Shown piece after piece: positions 58,137-64,000 of a DNA stretch of 64,000 bases. The notes under the pieces are model-generated. The model had not been told where the DNA came from, made no database searches, and saw nothing but the letters and a program-made list of their open reading frames with translations. Source of the stretch: an uncultured Clostridia bacterium (GTDB taxonomy: Bacteria; Bacillota; Clostridia; Oscillospirales; UMGS1783). Position numbers and translations under genes: made by a program. Each line of letters begins with the position of its first letter. The first letter of the stretch is position 1. Location: contig CALKPL010000025.1 of the NCBI GenBank assembly GCA_937991645.1, positions 272,026-336,025 of the forward strand. The letters run 5' to 3'.

Positions 58137-58953
58137 TTTGGAACCGGTCCAGATTTTGTTCGATGACGCGGATGAAATCGGCTACAGCGCCGTCCCGGCA
58201 ATCGCAGACCTGCACGTCCACCAATGCCTTGATCTCATCCGGCGCGCCGGCCGGCGCCGCTGTAAACCCCGCGGCCGCCAGCATTTCCCGGTCGTTGTAA
58301 TAATCCCCGATTGCGCAGATGTTGCCGACCGGCACATCCATGATTTTTGCATATTCATGGATCATGGTCCCCTTGTTTGCGCCCTTGGGCATAAGCTCAA
58401 AAATTTTATCGGCGCTGAAAACCGTATCAAAGGAACCGTCGTTCAGCTCGTCTACATATGCCTGCACCTGCTTTAGCTGCTCTGGCGCGGCGTAAAATAT
58501 GCTCTTGAGCCAGTAGGGGTCCATCTCGGAAAAATCCGCAATCCGGCTCTTCATCACTTCAATCGCTTCTACCTGCGCCTGGTATTCGCCTCGCCCGGGC
58601 GTGTAGATCCGCTCGCCCGTAAACACATAGCAGGTAAGCCCCGGAAACTTCGCGTGCGTTTGCGCTGTAACCTTGCGAAGGCGGTCGTTGCAGATGCGTT
58701 TGAGTATAAAGTCTTCCATGGAATAATCGTACAGGCCGGTGCCGTTGAGAACAATACAGGGCGTGTTGACCCGGAACTTATCAAAGTTCTTCGCAATGGA
58801 AACCTGGGAACGCCCCGTCGCAACCGCGAACCTGCCGCCGTTCTCCATAAAGTATTCCGTGGCCTCCACATTCGCCCGCGGAATTGTTCCAGGCGAAGAG
58901 AACAGCGTACCGTCTATGTCGCTAATCAGCGTGATCCCTTCAAATTTGCCCAT
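58117..58953 (-). CDS. Cof-type HAD-IIB family hydrolase
   Basis: 278 aa. DIDGTLF motif I, ATGR and GDYYND motif IV. ATG at 58953 with GGAAAGGAG upstream. Confidence 0.85.
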   Translation of the reverse strand: MGKFEGITLISDIDGTLFSSPGTIPRANVEATEYFMENGGRFAVATGRSQVSIAKNFDKFRVNTPCIVLNGTGLYDYSMEDFILKRICNDRLRKVTAQTHAKFPGLTCYVFTGERIYTPGRGEYQAQVEAIEVMKSRIADFSEMDPYWLKSIFYAAPEQLKQVQAYVDELNDGSFDTVFSADKIFELMPKGANKGTMIHEYAKIMDVPVGNICAIGDYYNDREMLAAAGFTAAPAGAPDEIKALVDVQVCDCRDGAVADFIRVIEQNLDRFQRKNVVS

Positions 58954-58994
58954 TGATTTGCTCCTTTCCAAACGGCGGGACAGGCAGGCTCCGG

Positions 58995-59549
58995 CTATTC
59001 TTTGGCCTCCACCACGTGCGGAATCCGCGTAAGGATCCAGGCGACGATGAGGGTGAGAATCAGCTCCGGAAGCATATAGGTGCCGTTGTACGCGATCGAC
59101 CATGTAAGCGGAGAGTATCCCTCGCCGGCAAACGAGCCGAAAAATAAAATTCCGGACAGAAAATGCATAAGAAAGCGCAGGGTAATTGTAAATGCGCAGG
59201 CGTAGAATATACCGTATTTTTTCTTGTTGAATATGCCGCCTATGCCCAGCAGTCCAAACGCGAGCAGATAGTCGAACACCAAAGAGCCGATAAAGACGGC
59301 GGGCGTAAGGCCCCAGGACATGAGCTTGCCAATATCCATAATGATCTGGAACACCGCGTAGGTCACGCCGGTAAGCAGCCCCCACTTCCATCCGTTGCGG
59401 TAGCCGGCGAGCACAATCGGCAGCATACTTACCGCGGTAACGGATCCGCCCAGCGGCATTTCGACTACTTTTATAAAACTCAGCACCGCTGCCGCTGCAA
59501 GCAGAATTGCGCATTCCACCAGCCTGTTCAGGTTTGTCCTCTTTGTCAT
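58995..59549 (-). CDS. thiT: ECF transporter S component, thiamine-specific (ThiT-like)
   Basis: About 184 aa, 6 TM segments. GGSVTAVSMLPIVLAGYRNGWKWG. Lies directly downstream of a TPP riboswitch. Confidence 0.8.
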   Translation of the reverse strand: MTKRTNLNRLVECAILLAAAAVLSFIKVVEMPLGGSVTAVSMLPIVLAGYRNGWKWGLLTGVTYAVFQIIMDIGKLMSWGLTPAVFIGSLVFDYLLAFGLLGIGGIFNKKKYGIFYACAFTITLRFLMHFLSGILFFGSFAGEGYSPLTWSIAYNGTYMLPELILTLIVAWILTRIPHVVEAKE

Positions 59550-59617
59550 TGTCCATTCTCCAATCATATAAAATTCCCATACGGTTTTGCCCGTATGAGA
59601 ATATACAACCAGAAAAT

Positions 59618-59710
59618 TTCTTCCCTACGCCGGCATTACCCGTATCAGGTTCAAGGGTCACGGATCCAGTCATCCGTATCTCAGCCGGCTCGGGCCAGCT
59701 CCCCTCATAT
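59618..59710 (-). promoter_or_regulatory. TPP (THI-box) riboswitch aptamer
   Basis: Minus strand reads GAGGGGAGCUGGCCCGAGCCGGCUGAGAUACGGAUGACUGGAUCCGUGACCCUUGAACCUGAUACGGGUAAUGCCGGCGUAGGGAAG. It contains the CUGAGA and ACCCUUGAACCUGAU...UAAUGC...GCGUAGGGAA consensus blocks. A hairpin at 59578-59597 (catacgg/ccgtatg) is probably part of the expression platform. Confidence 0.92.
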
Positions 59711-59724
59711 ACAATTCGTACTTA

Positions 59725-59752
59725 ATTATATCCTGTTTTCCAAAATTGTCAA
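59725..59752 (-). promoter_or_regulatory. consensus sigma-A promoter (TTGACA-16-TATAAT) embedded in the rluD 3' end
   Basis: Both hexamers are perfect. The -10 overlaps the rluD stop codon. The TPP aptamer starts about 15 nt downstream. Confidence 0.65.
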
Positions 59753-60643
59753 GACCCGCTGAAAATAGGGCGGGAGAACGCTGTCGAATACCATGCGTTC
59801 GCCTGTTTCCGGATGTGTAAAGCCAAGCACCTTTGCATGCAGACACTGGCTCTCCAGACCAAAGGGGTTTTTACCCCCGCCGTAGACCCTGTCCCCCACC
59901 AGCGGATGGCCGATATACGCCATATGCACGCGGATTTGATGGGTGCGGCCGGTCTCCAGCCTGCACTCTACATGGCTGTATCCCGGATATTCGGCAAGCA
60001 CCCGGTAATTGGTAGCGGCGTTTTTTGCGTTCTTCTGTGTGACTGCCATTTTTTTGCGGTCGGCCCCGCTGCGGCCGATTGGCGCGTCGATTCTTCCCGC
60101 AGTCTCCGGAAGCCGGCCCGTGACCACGGCCTGATAGACGCGCTCCATGGTGTGCGCCTTGAGCTGTGCGGACAGGCGCTGATGCGCGCGGTCGTTTTTT
60201 GCGATGACGAGCAGGCCGCTTGTGTCCTTATCGATCCGGTGCACGATACCCGGACGCTGCACGCCGCCGATACCCGAAAGATCGCCGAATCGGGCCAGAA
60301 TCGCATTGACAAGCGTGCCGTCCGGATTGCCTGCGGCAGGATGGACCACCATTCCCTTCGGCTTATTGATGACGGCGAGAGATGCGTCCTCATAGACGAC
60401 GTCGATCGGAATCGACTGCGGCTGTGCGGCGAGAGGGACCGGATCGGGCAAAGATACCGTCACCTCATCACCGGCGCGGACCAGGGCGCGCTTTTGCACA
60501 GGCGCGCCGCCGAGCAGGACGCAGCCCGCGTCGCACAGGCGGGCCGCCTGGGTGCGGGAGACGTCATCCAGAACACTGGCCAGATACGAGTCGATCCGCC
60601 GCCCCTGCTGCGACTCATTCACGCACAGATGGATCGTCCGCAT
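59726..60643 (-). CDS. rluD: 23S rRNA pseudouridine synthase, RluA/RluD family
   Basis: 305 aa. S4 domain plus catalytic HRIDKDTSGL. Confidence 0.92.
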   Translation of the reverse strand: MRTIHLCVNESQQGRRIDSYLASVLDDVSRTQAARLCDAGCVLLGGAPVQKRALVRAGDEVTVSLPDPVPLAAQPQSIPIDVVYEDASLAVINKPKGMVVHPAAGNPDGTLVNAILARFGDLSGIGGVQRPGIVHRIDKDTSGLLVIAKNDRAHQRLSAQLKAHTMERVYQAVVTGRLPETAGRIDAPIGRSGADRKKMAVTQKNAKNAATNYRVLAEYPGYSHVECRLETGRTHQIRVHMAYIGHPLVGDRVYGGGKNPFGLESQCLHAKVLGFTHPETGERMVFDSVLPPYFQRVLTILENRI

Positions 60644-61112
60644 AACCGGGCTCCTTCGCCTTTTTCGTATGGCTTTTATCGATAAAGAGATAAGTGATTA
60701 AAAACCAGACGCCGCCGACGGTAATGAAAACGTCGGCTATATTGAAAATGGCAAAATTGATAAGACGAAAATCAAACATGTCGACCACAAAGCCGTATAA
60801 AAACCGGTCGATCAGATTGCCCAAGCCGCCGGCGGCCACAAAGAGCAGCGGAAGCTTGTAGGCTAGCCGGAGCTTTTTAAAAAAGACCAGATAAAGCAGT
60901 ATGACGCTCAGCACGGCTGTGATGGCAATAATAATCCAGGTGTGATTGCGCAGAATGGAAAAAGCAGCGCCGGTGTTTTCCGTATACGTAAGATGGAAAA
61001 CGTCCTCAATTACGGGGATGGTTCCGACCGGCTCCAGTACGACGAGCGCCCAGACCTTGACGGCTCTGTCCAGAATCAATATCCCAAACAGAATAAGTAT
61101 GGATGTTATCAT
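60615..61112 (-). CDS. lspA: lipoprotein signal peptidase II
   Basis: 165 aa, 4 TM segments. NTGAAFS and FNIADVFI motifs. Confidence 0.92.
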   Translation of the reverse strand: MITSILILFGILILDRAVKVWALVVLEPVGTIPVIEDVFHLTYTENTGAAFSILRNHTWIIIAITAVLSVILLYLVFFKKLRLAYKLPLLFVAAGGLGNLIDRFLYGFVVDMFDFRLINFAIFNIADVFITVGGVWFLITYLFIDKSHTKKAKEPGYADDPSVRE

Positions 61113-61144
61113 TCCGCCCTCTCTCCCACCGATTTATACGCAAA

Positions 61145-61174
61145 GCTGAGTAATCCGATCAGGGATTACTCAGC
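61145..61174 (-). terminator. hairpin between divIVA and lspA
   Basis: 12-bp stem gctgagtaatcc/ggattactcagc with a 6-nt loop. Only a short U-run follows, so it may be a partial terminator or a processing site. Confidence 0.45.
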
Positions 61175-61204
61175 AGCATCGGTGCTTATAAAGTCGTTAT
61201 TGGA

Positions 61205-61840
61205 TCAGCCAAAGTTGATGGAATTGAACTTTTCGTCGTCCTCTTCAGGATCTTCTTCCGGCAGCGCCGCTTCGGCTGCCTCTGCCACGGCAGTTTCCTG
61301 TTCCGCTTCCGCATCCGCAGACTCGTCCTCCGCATCTGCGGGTACGATCTCCAGTTCGCGGACTTCCTCTTCCTGCTCGGGCTCCGGCTTCTCATAGTTG
61401 GGCAGGGCGGAAATGATCTCGATATGGGACTTATATGTAGTGAGAAGCTGGCTCTTGAAGTCGTTGACTTCTACGCGAATCATTTCAAAGTGCGCATTTG
61501 CATCCGCGACGCGCTTCTCGGCCGTGTCGACCATCTCGGTCGCAACCCTGTTCGCTTCGCTGATAATCTGCTCCGCACGGGCTTCCGCGTCCGTAAGAGA
61601 CTTGTTCACAAGCCGCTGCGCATCGACCAGCGCATCCTTGATATAGTCCTCATCTTTCCGATACTCCGCGATTTTTTCTACCAGCACGGTGATCTTCTTG
61701 GTGAGGGTTTCGTTTTCTTCCGTCAGTTGTTTATAGTCAGCCGCAATGCGATCGAGAAAGGCATCGACTGCCTCACATTTGTAGCCGCCAAAGGCCGCCT
61801 TTTCCAGTGGGTATTCCTCAATGTCTTTCGGTGTTAACAT
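61205..61840 (-). CDS. divIVA: DivIVA domain cell-division protein
   Basis: MLTPKDIEEYPLEKAAFGGYKCEAVDAFLDRIAADY, then coiled coil and an acidic C-terminal tail. Confidence 0.9.
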   Translation of the reverse strand: MLTPKDIEEYPLEKAAFGGYKCEAVDAFLDRIAADYKQLTEENETLTKKITVLVEKIAEYRKDEDYIKDALVDAQRLVNKSLTDAEARAEQIISEANRVATEMVDTAEKRVADANAHFEMIRVEVNDFKSQLLTTYKSHIEIISALPNYEKPEPEQEEEVRELEIVPADAEDESADAEAEQETAVAEAAEAALPEEDPEEDDEKFNSINFG

Positions 61841-61862
61841 GTGAATCGTGCACTCCCTTACC

Positions 61863-62627
61863 TCATATGAATTTATTTATGATTACGTGATAACGTCCCT
61901 TTCCGGTCATACGCCCGTCAAAGGTGAAAAGGTATTTGCCGCTCCCGCGTACGGATATCCGGCATTCATCCTTCAGTCCGAAGGCGGGATTTGTTATATT
62001 AACCGCATCCACAAACACCTTTCCGCTTTTGACCAGATCGGCGGCCACGGCGCGGCCAACGCCACAGCAAAGGCCGACGACGCTGTCCAGCCGCAAAGAC
62101 GCGACTGTTCCGGCAATGGTTTTGTATTCGCGGATAATATCCAGCTTGTCCGGCGCGTCTACAGAAAAACACTGCACCGACTGCCTTCCAACGCGCGTAA
62201 GTTCATCCAGTATCAACGCGTCGGCCGGAGGCAGCACAAAGAGAACCTGTCCCGCGCCTGTCTTTATAATATCACCAACTCGCTCACGTTTCAAGCCCAA
62301 AGCTAAAACTGATCCCAAAATATCCCTATGGGACAGGGAGTCATGACTCTGAATACGCACTGCACGGACGGGCGGAACAGCGGGCTCGTCCGGCTCTCTG
62401 TACAGCGCTGCGACGCTGCGCTCGCCGTCCGGATAGCCGCTGAAAAATCGGACCTGCACGCCTTCCCTGCCTGCTACCGCCGATACGACCGCCTGCTGCC
62501 TTATATCACAAAAGCCGGTATACGGCTGCCCGCCGTCCCATACCTCGCCCACAAGGTCCAGGATATGGGAGGCAAAAATGCGCTCTTGTTCTGAAAACTG
62601 CCGCAAAAACGCCTTACGGTCGCCCAT
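61863..62627 (-). CDS. ylmH: YlmH-like S4-domain RNA-binding protein
   Basis: 254 aa. Sits in the sepF-yggT-ylmH-divIVA order, with S4-like residues near the C-terminus. Confidence 0.8.
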   Translation of the reverse strand: MGDRKAFLRQFSEQERIFASHILDLVGEVWDGGQPYTGFCDIRQQAVVSAVAGREGVQVRFFSGYPDGERSVAALYREPDEPAVPPVRAVRIQSHDSLSHRDILGSVLALGLKRERVGDIIKTGAGQVLFVLPPADALILDELTRVGRQSVQCFSVDAPDKLDIIREYKTIAGTVASLRLDSVVGLCCGVGRAVAADLVKSGKVFVDAVNITNPAFGLKDECRISVRGSGKYLFTFDGRMTGKGRYHVIINKFI

Positions 62628-62628
62628 A

Positions 62629-62904
62629 TCACAAAATCATCCTGAGAACAGAAATAAGCAGCAGTACGACAACGGGAGAAAAGTCGACCGGCATACGCGC
62701 CAGCGCCGGCACTTTTTGCAGCAGGCGGCGAACCGGTTCCAGAATGGGATTTGTGATAAGCGCGAGCACGTTATAGACTTTATACAGCAGCTCGCTGCCC
62801 GCCATCATGACAAAAAACGAGAGCAGCGCGCGCACGACGATCATAAGCGACAGGATATCCAGCAGCGAATAGATGATAAAACGAACAATCTGATATGCGC
62901 CCAT
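62629..62904 (-). CDS. yggT: YggT family membrane protein
   Basis: 91 aa, 2 TM segments. The start overlaps the sepF stop (TAATG). Confidence 0.85.
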   Translation of the reverse strand: MGAYQIVRFIIYSLLDILSLMIVVRALLSFFVMMAGSELLYKVYNVLALITNPILEPVRRLLQKVPALARMPVDFSPVVVLLLISVLRMIL

Positions 62905-63344
62905 TATAACATAAAGGAATCTGACTCAATCCGATCCAGGCCTTCCCCCGAAAATTCGGAGCCGCCGGGGATGATCAGATATGTGCCGACTGATACGTTT
63001 TTGATCTGCGCGCCAACTGCATAGGCCGTGCCGCTGAGAATATCGATAATTCTTCTGGCAAGGTCCTTCCCGGTCCCCTCCAGGTTCAGCACTACGGTTT
63101 TTTTGGCAATGACATGGTCCGCAATAGAAATGGAATCGTCAAACTTCTCCGGACGCACCAGCACAAACTGCGGGCCGGTTCCGGTATACGGCTTTGTCTG
63201 CGGACGGGGGTTGCGGGCGGCGGAGTTGATCGTCTCGCTGATATCGAGGCTATCTTCTTCCTGCACTTCGTCTTCATACTCCATATATTCGTCGTCGTCA
63301 ATTTCTCCGCTCATCATGTTCTTGAGCTTATCAATCACACCCAT
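62904..63344 (-). CDS. sepF: cell division protein SepF
   Basis: 146 aa. KTVVLNLEGT...ARRIIDILSGTAYAVGAQI. Confidence 0.9.
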   Translation of the reverse strand: MGVIDKLKNMMSGEIDDDEYMEYEDEVQEEDSLDISETINSAARNPRPQTKPYTGTGPQFVLVRPEKFDDSISIADHVIAKKTVVLNLEGTGKDLARRIIDILSGTAYAVGAQIKNVSVGTYLIIPGGSEFSGEGLDRIESDSFML

Positions 63345-63361
63345 GTTTATCCTCCTACAAT

Positions 63362-64000
63362 TTACGGCCTTCCGCCAAAGATGCCCGTCCCGATCCGGAC
63401 GAGGTTCGCACCGTGCACGATCGCCTCTTCAAAATCACCGGTCATCCCCATAGACAAAAAGCTCATGAAGATATTATCTTGCTTTTTGCTCCCAATGTCA
63501 ATAAATAACTCATACATTCTGTCAAAAAATGTGTGAATTTTCTCGTCGCCCCTGTCAAGTTTTGGCAAAACCGACATCAATCCGCGTATTTTCAGATGGC
63601 TATATTGTGCAAGCTGCTGCACGGCGGCATTCATCTCCTCCGGCGCAAAACCGTACTTGGACGCTTCGCCGCCGATGTTGACTTCCAAAAATACATCCAT
63701 GGTACGGCCCAGCAGGCCCGCCTGCCGGTCGATTTCCGCAGCGAGGCGCACCGAATCTACGGATTCGATGCAGTCGACCTTATCTATAACGGTTTTCACC
63801 TTGTTCGTCTGCAGATGGCCGATAAAATGGACGGAACACCGGCCCCTGATTTCCGGGTATTTGTCCGCCAGTTCCTGCGCTTTGTTTTCGCCTACCACCT
63901 GGATTCCGCAGCCGATCGCTTCCAGAATCCGCGCGGGTTCGACCGTCTTGGTGACGGCGACAAGCGTGATATCGGACGCGTTGCGGCCGCTGCGTTGCGC
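63362..64000 (-). CDS. yggS: YggS-family PLP-binding protein (N-terminus beyond the window edge)
   Basis: The open frame continues upstream of the ORF-track Met to the window edge (..ITLVAVTKTVEPARILEAIGCGIQVVGENKAQEL..HFIGHLQTNKV..MGMTGDFEEAI). Confidence 0.88.
   Translation of the reverse strand, partial: AQRSGRNASDITLVAVTKTVEPARILEAIGCGIQVVGENKAQELADKYPEIRGRCSVHFIGHLQTNKVKTVIDKVDCIESVDSVRLAAEIDRQAGLLGRTMDVFLEVNIGGEASKYGFAPEEMNAAVQQLAQYSHLKIRGLMSVLPKLDRGDEKIHTFFDRMYELFIDIGSKKQDNIFMSFLSMGMTGDFEEAIVHGANLVRIGTGIFGGRP

Noticed and set aside
58117-59673. A 518-aa ORF that looks like a single large gene.
   Set aside because: Only the C-terminal 278 aa (from MGKFEG, with its own RBS) are HAD-like. 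The N-terminal part is an out-of-frame read-through across thiT and the TPP riboswitch, with Arg-rich nonsense sequence. I split it into HAD (58117-58953) and thiT (58995-59549, a different frame).

Overview
Chromosomal segment of a GC-rich, spore-forming Firmicute; bofA, spoIIID and yunB are present and the gene content looks Clostridia/Oscillospiraceae-like (inferred, not tested). I call 58 CDSs, 48 of them on the minus strand, mostly housekeeping operons. These are: pyrC-carA-carB-pyrK-pyrD-pyrF-pyrE; gap; argS; a paaK-iorA-iorB-paaK-ACT aryl-acid cluster with an adjacent Na+/solute symporter; tilS-hpt-ftsH; yybS-rplI-dnaB; ligA-gatCAB; and the dcw-tail genes yggS-sepF-yggT-ylmH-divIVA followed by lspA-rluD. 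One RNA element is clear: a TPP riboswitch in front of thiT plus a Cof-type HAD hydrolase. I found no rRNA, tRNA, CRISPR array, transposase, integrase or recognisable defence genes. The least ordinary part is an AraC-linked locus at about 25.7-36.7 kb. It encodes two secreted proteins built from a roughly 140-aa module I cannot assign to a family, including a near-identical 423-bp tandem duplication. It also encodes a lipoprotein GH36-like enzyme, a cytoplasmic GH36-like enzyme and a GH127/DUF1680-like enzyme, but no transporter. Other points worth a second look: a diverged ~220-bp direct repeat bracketing a GT2 gene, a PAS/HATPase protein with no obvious phospho-acceptor His, an argS leader carrying an intrinsic terminator, an unannotated 49-aa Cys-containing ORF, and a HlyD/FtsX pair with no ATPase. 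All family assignments come from motif reading by eye; no searches were run.
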